This document shows positions 10,392 through 21,400 of a DNA stretch of 64,000 nt, piece by piece. The notes beneath the pieces were generated by a model. It did not search any database. It was not told where the DNA came from and saw only the letters and a list, made by a program, of their open reading frames with translations. This DNA is from Anaeromyxobacteraceae bacterium (GTDB lineage Bacteria > Myxococcota > Myxococcia > Myxococcales > Anaeromyxobacteraceae). Location of the stretch: positions 1,888,001-1,952,000 of the forward strand of contig JASGHJ010000001.1 in NCBI GenBank assembly GCA_047602405.1, in the 5' to 3' direction. The position numbers and the translations under genes were made by a program. The stretch's first letter is position 1. Every line of letters begins with the position of its first letter.

Positions 10392-13236
10392 GTGAAGGAA
10401 CACCGCGAGCGCGGCGAGCCCGTGGAGGTGGCGGGTCCCGGTCGGGAGGCACTCGAGCTCCTGCGCGTCACGCTCTCGAGCATCGGCGACGGCGTCATCT
10501 CCACCGACGACGAGGGGCGCGTGTCCTACGTGAACCCGGTGGCCGAGGCGCTCACCGGGTTCAGCCAGGCCGACGCCCGCGGGCGCCCGTTCACGGAGGT
10601 CTTCCGGATCGTCAACGAGGAGACGCGACGCCCGGTCCAGGACCCGGTGGCGCGGGTGATCCGGGAGGGCAGGATCCTCGGGCTCGCGAACCACACCCTG
10701 CTGCTGCGGCGGGACGGGTCCGAGACGCCGATCGACGACAGCGCGGCCCCCATCCGCGATCGAGAGGGCCGGGTGCGCGGCGTGGTGGTCGTCTTCCGGA
10801 GCGTGGCCGAGCGCCGGCGCGCCGAGCGCGAGGCCGCGCGGCTGGCCGCCATCGTGGAGTCGTCGCAGGACGCCATCGTGAGCAAGGATCTCGACGGCTT
10901 AGTCCTGACCTGGAACGGAGGCGCGGAGCAGGTCTTCGGCTGGCGGGCGGACGAGATCATCGGGCGGAGCATCACGCTCCTCATCCCGCCCGACCGGCTC
11001 GACGAGGAGCGTCAGATCCTCGAGAGCGTGCGCCGCGGCGAGCGCGTCGAGCACTACGAGACCGTGCGTCGCAGGAAGGACGGGCGGCTCATCCAGGTCT
11101 CGCTCGCGATCTCGCCGATCCGGGACGGCGCGGGCCGCATCGTCGGCGCGTCGAAGGTCGCGCGGGACATCAGCGCGCGCGCGGAGGCCGAGGCCCGGAT
11201 CCGCGAGAGCGAGGCGCAGTTCCGCTCGCTCGCGAACGCGCTGCCCGCCATCGTCTGGACCGCCACGCCCGAGGGCGCCATCACCTTCGCGAACGACGTC
11301 TGGTTCGACTACACGGGCCTCGCGCGGGAGGGCGGCATGAGCGGCTGGGCGGAGCGCGTCCTCCACCCGGACGATCGCGACGCGGCGGTGGCCGCCTGGA
11401 GAGCGTCGCTGCGCGACGGCGCGCCCATCGAGACGGAGCTCCGGAACCGCCGCCACGACGGCGCCTACCGGTGGTTCCTCTCGAGGGGGGTGCCCGTCCG
11501 CGACGCGGCGGGTGGGATCACGCGGTGGGTCGGGTCGATGATCGACATCGACGACCGAAAGCGCCTCGAGGGCCGCGCCCGGTTCCTCGCCGGCGCCAGC
11601 GCCGCGCTCGCCGCCACCGTGGATCGCGAGACGGCCCTCCGGCGGCTCACGCGGCTCGCGGTGCCGACGTTCGCCGACTGGTGCGCGGTCGACCTGCTCG
11701 AGCCGGACGGGAGCATCCGCCGGGTCGAGGTCGCCCACGTCGATCCGGCGAAGGAGGCGTACGCGCGTGAGCTCCACGCGCGGTATCCCGCCCGTAGGAC
11801 CGACGCGCGCGGGGTCGGGCTGGTCCTGCGGGAGAAGCGATCGGACCACGAGGCCTTCATCACGGACGAGCTCCTGGAGCGCGGCGCTCGCGACCCCGAG
11901 CACCTCCGCATCGCCCGCTCCCTCGGCCTCCGCTCGTACGTGAGCGTGCCCCTGCGCCTGCGCGGGCAGGTCCTCGGCGCGATCACCTTCGTCACGGCGG
12001 AGTCCGGCCGGGAGTACGGCCCGGACGACGTGGCGGTCGCGGAGGACCTCGCCGCGCGCGCCGCCGTGGCACTCGAGAACGCCAGCCTCGTCGCCGCGAT
12101 GCGCGACGCCGATCGGCGCAAGGACGAGTTCCTCGCGATGCTCTCCCACGAGCTGCGAAATCCGCTCGCCCCGATCTCCAACGCCGCCGCGCTCCTGCGC
12201 GCCGCGGGGCCGGGCGTTCCGGGGACGGACCGGGCCGTGGAGGTGATCGACCGGCAGGTGCGACACCTGGCACGGCTGGTGGACGACCTGCTCGACGTCT
12301 CCCGGATCACGTGGGGGAAGGTCGAGCTGAGGAGGGAGGTGGTCGAGCTCGGGACCGTGATCCGCGCCGCGGTCGAGGAGAGCCGGGGCACGATCGAGCG
12401 CCGGGGCCACGCGCTCGCGCTCGAGCTGCCAGGGGAGCCCATCGCGCTCGACGCCGACCCGATCCGCCTGGCGCAGGTCCTCTCGAACCTCCTCGTGAAC
12501 GCCGCGAAGTACACCGATCCAGGTGGACACATCCGGCTGTCCGCCGCCCGGGACGGGGACGAGGCGCGCGTGACCGTCCGCGACGACGGGATCGGCATCC
12601 CCGCGGCAGCGCTGCCCCGCATCTTCGAGCTTCTTCTCGCAGGTACCCGGCACGCACGGGCGCTCGGAGCGGGGGCTCGGCCTGGGCCTCACGCTGGTGC
12701 GGCGGCTGGTGGAGCTGCACGGCGGGTCGGTGATCGCGACGAGCCCGGGCCCGGGACGGGGCAGCGAGTTCGTCGTGCGGCTCCCGGTGGCGCGAGCGAG
12801 CGCACCCGCGACGGCGGCGACGGCGGAGGCGCCCCGGGCCCGCACCGGCCGTCAGCGGATCCTCGTCGTCGACGACAACCGCGACGCGGCCGACAGCCTG
12901 GCCGCCCTCCTGGAGCACGGAGGGCACGAGGTCCGGGTGCTCAACTCCGGCGCCGAGGCGGTGGACGCGTGCGCCCGGCTGCGCCCCGACCTCGTCCTGC
13001 TCGACCTCGGGCTGCCTGGGATGGACGGCTACGAGGTGGCGCGGCGCATCCGGGCGCTGGAGCACGGCCGCGGCGTCTTCATCGCGGCGCTCACCGGCTG
13101 GGGGCAGGCCGAGGATCGTCGCCGCACCCGGGAGGCGGGCTTCGACCGGCACCTCACGAAGCCCATCGACGTCGAGGTGCTCTCCGAGGTCCTGCGGTTC
13201 GTGCAAGACGGTGGTCCCGCAGCCCGGGGAGCCTAG
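10392..13236 (+). CDS. Hybrid sensor histidine kinase (3 PAS, GAF, HisKA, HATPase, receiver); +1 frameshift near 12631
   Basis: PAS motifs, FLAMLSHELRNPL, NLLVNAAKYT, DDGIGI; after the shift GLGLGL..VELHGG and receiver ILVVDDN/DLGLPGMDG. Confidence 0.9.
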
Positions 13237-13504
13237 GGCGGGCGCAGCCGGGGGCTCCGCAGACCGGGACCGCCTCGCCACGGCACACGCAAACGAGCGT
13301 CGCGTAGCCGTCGCACGCGCACCACTCGCCTTGCTCGTATCCCGTCCGGCGACACTGGATCGCGCAGACGGCGTCCACGTCCTCGACCCGCTTCGAGCCG
13401 GGCGTGAGCTCCGCGACGGGCGCGGCGCGCTCGGGCGCCGGGTCGCCGCAGGCCGCGAGGACGAGCGCGAGGATGAGGCCAGGCAGCGGCCTTGCCCTGC
13501 TCAT
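13154..13504 (-). CDS. Small Cys-rich lipoprotein; C-terminus uncertain (overlaps kinase end)
   Basis: GGGAGG RBS, lipobox LAAC, CAIQC...GEWCAC...CVC. Confidence 0.6.
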   Translation of the reverse strand: MSRARPLPGLILALVLAACGDPAPERAAPVAELTPGSKRVEDVDAVCAIQCRRTGYEQGEWCACDGYATLVCVCRGEAVPVCGAPGCARPRLPGLRDHRLARTAGPRRAPRRRWAS

Positions 13505-13725
13505 GGGGTCCTCCCTTCATCCAGGGACCTCGCTCGCCTCGATCAGACGAACACCTGGCGGCGGAATCAACACACAGTCCGGGCTGACTCCGGGAGGTGC
13601 GGTGACACCGCGCCCGGGCGCGTCGGCGCAGGGGCCGATGGGACGGACCGTGAACCGTGCCGCGGGTCAGCCGGCCTTCGCGGCCAGCACCTGCACGCGC
13701 CGGGCGCGGGTCTCGGGTCCGGAGG

Positions 13726-13908
13726 CTACTCGTCCTGCCGCGCGACCGCCACCGCGTACCCGCCCGCCTCCTCCTCGCGGGCGAACACGTTCCAGGGGCG
13801 GCAGCAGACCGGGCAGTCCTCGACGTAGCTCTGGCTCTCGCCGCCGCCGGGGTCCACGAAGATCGTCACGAGCTCGCCGCAGTAGGGGCACTCGATCTCG
13901 ATGTCCAT
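13726..13908 (-). CDS. CPXCG-motif cysteine-rich small protein
   Basis: [12 protein letters not shown]...[13 protein letters not shown], 60 aa. Confidence 0.85.
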   Translation of the reverse strand: MDIEIECPYCGELVTIFVDPGGGESQSYVEDCPVCCRPWNVFAREEEAGGYAVAVARQDE

Positions 13909-13932
13909 GCCGCTCGCCGTTATAGTCGGTCC

Positions 13933-14619
13933 GTGGCCGCGAAGCCCTGGAACAACCCGTTCGGCGAGCTGAAGGCGCTCAAGAAGGCGGCGGAGGCCGA
14001 GGCCGAGGCCGCCCGGAAGAAGGCCCGCGAGCCGCCCCCCCCGCCCTCGCCCGTGGAGCCCCCGCCGGAGCGCCCGCGCAGCGAGGCCGAGCTCTGGGCG
14101 GAGGCCACGCTCGGCGCCCGGCCGGTCGAGCGCGGGACCGAGCGCGTCTCGCGCGCCGCGCCCAGCCTGCCGCCCGACAAGTACTGGCACCCGGACCTCG
14201 AGGCCGTGGACGCCCTGCGCGCCCTCGTCTCGGGCGACGCGCCCTTCGACCTCTCCGACACGGACGAGTACGTGGAGGGCTGCGTCGCGGGGCTCGACCA
14301 GGCCGTCGTGAAGAAGCTCCGCCGCGGCGAGTTCGCGGTGCAGGGCCACGTCGACCTGCACGGGCTCACCCGCGGCGAGGCGAAGGCCGCGGTCGACGAC
14401 TTCCTCAGGAAGGCCCGCGGCGCGGGGAAGCGCTGCGTGCTCGTGGTGCACGGGCGCGGGCTGCACTCGAAGGACCAGCTCCCGGTGCTGAAGGACGCGC
14501 TCCGCAGCTGGCTCGCCTCGGCGCGCTTCGCGCGGCACGTGCTCGCATTCGCGACCGCCCGCCCCGCGGACGGCGGGGCGGGGGCGGTCTACGTGCTGCT
14601 GCGGCGGCCGGGGCGCTAG
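13933..14619 (+). CDS. Smr domain (small MutS-related) protein
   Basis: [27 protein letters not shown]. Confidence 0.9.
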   Translation: MAAKPWNNPFGELKALKKAAEAEAEAARKKAREPPPPPSPVEPPPERPRSEAELWAEATLGARPVERGTERVSRAAPSLPPDKYWHPDLEAVDALRALVSGDAPFDLSDTDEYVEGCVAGLDQAVVKKLRRGEFAVQGHVDLHGLTRGEAKAAVDDFLRKARGAGKRCVLVVHGRGLHSKDQLPVLKDALRSWLASARFARHVLAFATARPADGGAGAVYVLLRRPGR

Positions 14620-15116
14620 CGCAGCTCGACCATCTGCCCGCGGAAGGCGACCGCCGCCGGGTCGTCCCGCACGCTGGTGCTCCCCGGCTCGGCCTGCACG
14701 CGGAGCTCGCCCTCCGCGCCCGGGGGGAGGTGAGGCTGGCCGGGCTGCGCGCGGCTCCACCCTGCGTTGCCCGAAGGAATGGCGTACCCGCGCGTCTCGG
14801 TGCCGGAGCGGGTGCGGATGCGGAACCCGTCGGTGAGGGCGGTCCACGGGAGGGGCGTCGTGCCCCGGTTCACGGCCGATGCCTTCACCACGTTCAGCCA
14901 GGAGCTCTTCCCGAACGCCGTGTGGTGCTCCTCGACCAGCACCTGGTGCACGCGCACCTCGACGTCGCCGCTCCGGAACGTGAACGGCGCGGCGCTCACC
15001 GGGTGTTCGTCGACGTAGACCTTCCAGCCGGGCTTCGCGGCCTTGCCGGAGCCGGATACCGTGCAGCCGGCGGCGAGGAGGCCGGCGAGGGCGAGCAGCG
15101 AGGTGGTCGAACGCAT
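14616..15116 (-). CDS. Hypothetical lipoprotein
   Basis: GGAGGAG RBS; lipobox LAAGC. Confidence 0.75.
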   Translation of the reverse strand: MRSTTSLLALAGLLAAGCTVSGSGKAAKPGWKVYVDEHPVSAAPFTFRSGDVEVRVHQVLVEEHHTAFGKSSWLNVVKASAVNRGTTPLPWTALTDGFRIRTRSGTETRGYAIPSGNAGWSRAQPGQPHLPPGAEGELRVQAEPGSTSVRDDPAAVAFRGQMVELR

Positions 15117-15186
15117 GCGGTGACTCCTCCAGGTTGCGGCCCGATTGTACCTCCCCCGGGGCGGCCTCCTCGGCGCCCCCGGCAGG

Positions 15187-18100
15187 TCATCGCCCCACCG
15201 CCTCCGGCTCCCGCACCTCCGCGAGCCACGCGTCCACGAAGGCCCGGTCGGCCTCCGGCGCCGCCGCGCGGAGCCGCGCGTGGAGCTCCCGCGCCGTCGC
15301 CCGCCCCCCGGGCCCGCGGTGGGCGGCGGCGAACGCGGCCAGCACGCCGTCGAGGCGGTCGGGGCCGAGCCGCTCGCGCAGCGCCTCGAAGGCGACGAGC
15401 GCCTTCGAGTAGTAGAGGTGCGGGACGTCCCCGGTGATCTCGACGAGCGGCGCCTCCTCCGACCCTCCGCGGCGGCGGAGGTACCGTTCGAGCTCGAACG
15501 CGCGCAGGCTCCGGACCTGCTCCGGGCCGCGCAGCGCCTCGAGCACCCGCGCCTCGGCGTACTTGGTCACGCCCTCGACGAGCAGCGCCGCGCCCGGCCC
15601 CGCGGCGGGCGCGACCTCGTGCCCCCACCACTGGTGCGCCACCTCGTGGGCGACCCGGCGCACCACGAGATCGATGGGCTGCTCGCGCCGCCCGTTCACG
15701 GCGAACACGCGGTGCTCGCCGAGCAGGACCACGCCCGGCATCGCGTAGCCGCCGAAGTCCCAGGTGGACGGCACCTCCACGAGCCGCAGCGCGGCGTGGG
15801 GGTACGGGCCGAAGCGGGCCTGCAGCACCTCGAGCGCGCCGCGGGCGGCCTCGAGGATCGCGGCCCGGTTCCAGGGGTGGCCGGGGTGCGCGTACAGCTC
15901 CACCTCCACCTCGCCGTGGCGCGCGCGCGTCACCTCGTACCGGGCGGAGGTCACCGCCAGGGCCCCGTGCACGGGGCGGTCGGTGCGCCACCGGGACAGT
16001 GCGCGGCCACCCTCCGTCCACGCCTGCTCGAGCCGCCCGGGCGCGACCGCGACCTGGTCGAGGTCGGTGGAGACGGTGAGGTCGAGGTTCACCCACGGCG
16101 AGACCGGAGCCCCGTCGCCGTCGCCGGGGATGGCGCGGGCGCGGCCGCGCTCCGGGAGCCCCGCGGCGCGCCGCTCCCGCGGCTCCACGAGCTCGTACGA
16201 GCCGCGGTAACCCACGCCCGGGAACGCCCGGTGGCCGAACACGAGCGAGCCGTTCGCGACGACGTCGGCGTCCGACGGATCACCGGGCGGGTGCTCGAGG
16301 TCGAAGGCGAGCGCGGTCCGCTCCCCGGGGGCGAGCGGCGGATCGAGCGAGAAGGTGAAGACGCCGTGTCGGGCATCGGCGGCGGGCGGCCCGGCGCGGT
16401 CGAGCGCGAGCGAGACCACCCGGGCCTCGCGGCGCACGGTGACGTGGACGCTCGCGATCGGCCGGGCGCCGTCGTTGACGAGCCGGAGCGTGCCGCGCGA
16501 CCGGTAGCGCCCCGCCCCGGGCTCGAGCTCGAGCCGTGCCTCGATCGTCTCGATCCGCGGCTGGGGCGCGTCGGCGACCGCGCCGTAGGTGCGCTCGTAG
16601 GCGGCCTTCCCGGCGCTGACCTCCGCCCGCGTGCGGTGGCCGCCCTGCGCCGCGAGCCCCGCGTGGAGCCGTACGCCGGCCGCGACGGCGACGAGCGCGA
16701 GCGCCGCGGCCGCGGCGAGGAGCCCGCGGGTCGCGCGGGCCGGCCGGGCGCCCCGCCGGACGAGGAGGCCCGCGCCGGCGAGGAGCAGCCCGAGCACGGC
16801 GGCGCCGTACGCCCCGCGGAGCGCGAGGTCCGGGAGCGTCGCGCCGAAGCCGGCGAGGTCGGACCAGCGGAGGCGGGGGAGACTTCCCGGGCGCAGGAGG
16901 GGGTGCTCCACCCCGAGGAGGTCGGCCCGCAGGAGCAGCGCCGCGAGGGGGAGCGTCAGGAGGAGCCCCACGTGCCGCGCCGGCGCGAGCACGTGGACGG
17001 CCGCGCAGCCGGCCGCGAGGAGCACGAGCTCCGCGGCGCCGCCCGCGGCGAGCGCCAGGGTCACGCCGGGCTGGAAGGCGGGGGCCCGGAAGAGGACCTG
17101 GGTGGCGAGGACGGTCGCGGCGCCGGCGAGCGCCAGCGCCGAGGCGAGCGCCGCGAGCGCCCCGACCTTCGCGAGCAGGATCACCTCGCCGGGGACGGGG
17201 GCCGCGTGGACGATCCCCTCGACACCCACCGTGCGCTCCCGCCAGAAGATCTCGGAGGCCCAGAGCAGCACGGCGACGGTGCCGAGCACGGTGAGCGGCT
17301 CGTCCAGGCGAGGGGCGAGGAGCCCGGCCAGCGGGAGGAAGCCCGACCCGTACTCGCCACGCGTCACGGCCGGCCAGAGCTCCGGCACGAGGTAGACGAG
17401 GAAGCAGCCGACGAGCAGCGGGAACGGGAACCCCCGCAGCGCGAGCCGGGCCTCGAGCGCCGTGGACGAGGCCAGCGAGGCGATCCAGCGCGGGCGCGGC
17501 GGTGAGCCCCGCCGGACGGGCGGCGTCGGGACCGGTCCGGACTCCGGCTCGCGCCGCAGGCGACCGCCGGGTTCGAGGAGGCGGAACGGATGGCGCCACG
17601 CGGTCGCGCCGAGGACCGCCGCCGACACGGCGACCCACAGGAGCCGGTTCGCGAGGAGGGCGCCCGCGAGCGGCGGCAGGCGGCCGTTGCGCTCGGCGAG
17701 CGTGAAGTGCCGCGTCGCCTCGAAGAACGCGGACAGGCCCACCGGGTCGAGGAGCGCGGCGAGCCGATCCGGCCCGGCGCCGGGCGAGGAGGCGGCCATG
17801 ACGGGCGAGGAGGTCAGGGTGGCCGCGACGAAGTAGAGGACGTAGAGCGCCACGCTCGTGACGTGGCAGGCGGCGGCGCTGCGGGTCAGGGCGCCCACCG
17901 CGAAGAGCGCGGCGGCGGCGACGAGCACGCCGGGCAGGGCGAGCACGGCGAGCGCCCAGAGGTAGGGCCCGACGCCAGGCGCCCCGAGGCGGTCCAAGGG
18001 GATCGCGCCGGACAGCGGCGCGGCCACCATGCCCGCCACCCCCGCCGAGAGCACCGCGAGCGCGGCGAGGAGGGCGCCCGCGAAGCGGCTCCCGAGGAAC

Positions 18101-18378
18101 GCGCCGCGGCGGACCGGGGTCGAGAAGATGACCTCCTCGAGGCGGTGCTCGCGGTCGCGGAGGATGGCGCCCGACACGAGGACGCCGAGCGGGAACACCG
18201 TGGCGAGCGTGAGCAGGCCCGTGATCTCCGCGACGAGGTAGGGCGAGTTCGCGTGGGCGTCGCCGCCCCCGAGGCCCGCGGTCAGCGCGAACCCGAAGAG
18301 GGCGAAGAGCGCCGCGGCAGCGGCGAGCGCCGGCTGCCGGAGCTGGGTGCGGAGCTCGAAGAGGAGGAGGGATCCCAG
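15187..18378 (-). CDS. ABC-2-type permease fused to M1-family (gluzincin) aminopeptidase; start uncertain, probably CTG
   Basis: Multi-TM N-terminal half; AHEVAHQWWG...VEGVTKY and YYSK; frame stays open upstream of 18198 to a CTG at 18378 behind GGAGG. Confidence 0.8.
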   Translation of the reverse strand: MGSLLLFELRTQLRQPALAAAAALFALFGFALTAGLGGGDAHANSPYLVAEITGLLTLATVFPLGVLVSGAILRDREHRLEEVIFSTPVRRGAFLGSRFAGALLAALAVLSAGVAGMVAAPLSGAIPLDRLGAPGVGPYLWALAVLALPGVLVAAAALFAVGALTRSAAACHVTSVALYVLYFVAATLTSSPVMAASSPGAGPDRLAALLDPVGLSAFFEATRHFTLAERNGRLPPLAGALLANRLLWVAVSAAVLGATAWRHPFRLLEPGGRLRREPESGPVPTPPVRRGSPPRPRWIASLASSTALEARLALRGFPFPLLVGCFLVYLVPELWPAVTRGEYGSGFLPLAGLLAPRLDEPLTVLGTVAVLLWASEIFWRERTVGVEGIVHAAPVPGEVILLAKVGALAALASALALAGAATVLATQVLFRAPAFQPGVTLALAAGGAAELVLLAAGCAAVHVLAPARHVGLLLTLPLAALLLRADLLGVEHPLLRPGSLPRLRWSDLAGFGATLPDLALRGAYGAAVLGLLLAGAGLLVRRGARPARATRGLLAAAAALALVAVAAGVRLHAGLAAQGGHRTRAEVSAGKAAYERTYGAVADAPQPRIETIEARLELEPGAGRYRSRGTLRLVNDGARPIASVHVTVRREARVVSLALDRAGPPAADARHGVFTFSLDPPLAPGERTALAFDLEHPPGDPSDADVVANGSLVFGHRAFPGVGYRGSYELVEPRERRAAGLPERGRARAIPGDGDGAPVSPWVNLDLTVSTDLDQVAVAPGRLEQAWTEGGRALSRWRTDRPVHGALAVTSARYEVTRARHGEVEVELYAHPGHPWNRAAILEAARGALEVLQARFGPYPHAALRLVEVPSTWDFGGYAMPGVVLLGEHRVFAVNGRREQPIDLVVRRVAHEVAHQWWGHEVAPAAGPGAALLVEGVTKYAEARVLEALRGPEQVRSLRAFELERYLRRRGGSEEAPLVEITGDVPHLYYSKALVAFEALRERLGPDRLDGVLAAFAAAHRGPGGRATARELHARLRAAAPEADRAFVDAWLAEVREPEAVGR

Positions 18379-18482
18379 GCGCGGCCTCCGCGGTCGCCGG
18401 AACTACGGAGGGCCGCAGCCGGTATTTCGAGGCCCGGCCCCCGGGGCGGACGCGAGCCGGGCAGGGGGCTCGCCGGGCGGGC

Positions 18483-21400
18483 TCACGGCGGCCGGCCGCA
18501 CCAGTAGCGCTCGACCGCGGACGGCGTCGCCGGCACCGCCACGAAGAAGCCGGCGGGGGTGGCCCCGCCGACCGGGTGCCCGGGCGCGGTGGGCTGGGCG
18601 TGGCAGCCGATGCAGGACGCGAGGGTGTTGCCCGCGAACGAGATCGTGGAGTGGTTGATCCCGTTCACGGCGAGATACGCCGCGTCGGCGCGCGCCTGGT
18701 CGCACCGGAAGTAGCCGACGTTCACGGTGAACGCCGCGGTCGCGGTCCCCTCGTTGCCCGCGGCGTCGACGACCCGGATGTTGAAGCTCACCGGCGAGCC
18801 CGAGACGGGCTGCAGCGCCGGGGAGGCCGGGTTGTAGGCCGGGAGCGCCGTGCTCGTCGTGTCGACCACGGTGAGGCCGGTGTCGAGGGACGCCTCGTAG
18901 CAGTTCGCGCCGCAGACGTTCGACGGCGTGACCACGAGCGGGGTCGTCCCGCGGCGCAGGCTGATCGACTCCCCGGCGCCGAGGGCGCCCGAGAGGGTGA
19001 ACCGGAAGATCGGGGTCGCGTCGTCGGTGTTGCCGCCGTTCGCGATGAGGTTGCTGGCCGGATTGGTCGCGCCGGCGGGTGCGGTCGTGGGCGCGAAGTC
19101 GCTCCGGACCTGGTTGAGGGTGATGGTCTGGGCCGGCGCGACGGTGTCCACGGTGAGGCTGTACGTGCCGCTCGCCGTGCCGGCGATGGGGCCGGCGAGG
19201 GTGTGCACCGTGTACGCGTGCAGGCCCTGGGTCGCGCCGGAGTCCGTGAACGTGCAGGGCGACGCGCAGGTCGAGAGGGGCGTGCCGGCCTGGGCGCCGT
19301 CGCGCAGCACCTCGACCTGGTAGCCGGCCGGGAGCGCCGCGGCGAGGGTGACCGTGAGCGTGGGCGTCGTGTCCGGGATCGCGCCGCCGGAGGCGACGAC
19401 GGTCCCGTTCGGCCGGGTGGGGCTCCCCGTGCCGGACACCGCCGCGCTCGTGATCGTCGCGTTCGGCAGGCTCGTCGCGAGGATGAGGTTCACCGTGTGC
19501 GTCGGGCTCGCCGCGGCGGTGCCGCCGTTGCCCGCGTCGTCGCGGACGTCCGCGCCGTAGGCATGCGAGCCGAGCGCGACCGCGGCCGGCTCGACGTAGG
19601 ACCAGGTGGTGCCGGCCGGCCGGAGCTTCGCGATCTCGACGCCGTCGCGCGTCAGCCGGAGGTAGTCGGTCGCGGCGAGGGCCGCGGTGAGCGTCCCGTC
19701 GATCCGCGGCGTGACGTCGGTCGAGTACGTGTCCGTGCGGACCGCGAGCGCGCCCGAGTCGTCGTAGATCGTGGAGATCGTCGCCCCCTGGGTGGGCGCG
19801 GTGCCGTCGATGGGATCGGAGACCGACGCGCTCGTGAGCCCGAACACCGCGGCGTTCGCCGCCTGCTCGATCCGGGCGCGGAACGCGTAGGTGCCGTCGG
19901 CGAGCGAGGCGCTCGTGAAGGTCCAGCTCGTGGTCGTGACCGTCCCGTTCCCGACCGCCACGTTGTCCCGGTAGACCTTCACGACCTCGCCCGCGACGAG
20001 CGCGCGCTGGAGCGTGCCGGCGAGCACCGGGGTCCGGACGTTGTTGAGGGCCACCGCGCTGTTCACCGGCGCGACCCCGTCGATCGTCGCGAGCGTGGTC
20101 GCCGCGCCGATGAGCGGCACGGAGGAGGTGTTCACCACCACGCTGCGCGAGGCGCCGGAGGCGGGCCCGAGCTGGCCCGCGGCGTCGAGCACCCGGGCCG
20201 TGTACGCGTAGGTGCCGTTCGCGAGCGAGGTGGGCTCGGCGAAGCCGAAGGTCAGGCCCGAGGCGGCCACCGTGGCCACGGCCACCCCGCCCCGGAGCAC
20301 CTGCACCTGCTCCCCGGCGCCGAGCGCCGCGGAGAGCGTGCCGGACACGAGCGGCGTCGGGTCGGCGGTGGTGGCGCCGTCGGCGAGCGCGCCGTTGAAG
20401 TCGTCGGCGATGCCGGTCACGTTCGCGACCTGCGCGGGCGGGACGGTGTCGACCGTGGCGGACCACGGCCCGGAGAAGTTCCCGAGCACGAGCCCCGCCT
20501 CGACCCGCGCGGTCCACGCGTACGTGCCGTCGGCGAGGCTCGAGTCCGTGAAGCTCCAGGTCGTGCCGGTCGCGGCGGCGGCGCCGGCGTCGACGCCGTT
20601 GCGGCGGATGCGCAGCGCGTAGCCCGGCTGCAGCGCCGCCGTGAGGGTGCCGGACACGACCAGCGTCCTCGAGGTGGTCGAGGCGCCGCTCGCGAGCGGC
20701 GCCCCCCCGGCGGTCACATGGGTGATCGAGGCCCCCGGGAGCGCCCCGACGGCCGTGTACGTCGCGGCGGGCGAGCTCGCGCCGACGTTGCCGGCGAGGT
20801 CGATCACCCGCGCCGCGTACGCGTGGGCCGCGAGGGTGAGCGCCGCGGCCTCGGCGTAGGTCCAGCCGGTGCCGCTGACGGTCGCGCTCCCCACGAGGCT
20901 CCCGTCGCGCAGCACCTGCAGCGCCTCGTCCGCGGCGAGGCCCGCGGTGAGCGTACCGTTCACGACGGGCGTCGTGTCGGTCCCGAAGCCGCCCGGCGTC
21001 ACCGCGCCGAGGAGGTCGTCCTGGAAGCCGGTGATGGCGGCGAGCTGGGCGGGCGGGGTCGCGTCGATGCTGAAGGTGAAGCCGTTCGAGGTGGCGCCGA
21101 AGTCGACGCCGGAGACGACCCGCGCCGTGTACGTGAACGTGCCGTCTGCCGGGGCGGCGTCGGTGAACGTCCAGGCCGTGCCGGTCGCGTTCGCCGTGCC
21201 GGCGACGGCGCCGCTCCGGGAGACCTCGAGCGATTCGCCGGAGTCGAGCGGCGCCGAGAGCGACCCGTAGATCACCGGCGCGCGGGTCGCGACGAGGCCG
21301 CCGGGCGGGATGGGCAGCGCTGCGGCGTCGGTGGCGCCGGTCACCGTCGCGGTCGTCTCGAGCGTGGGGAGCAGCCCCGAGCTCGGCTGCGCGCAGGTGG

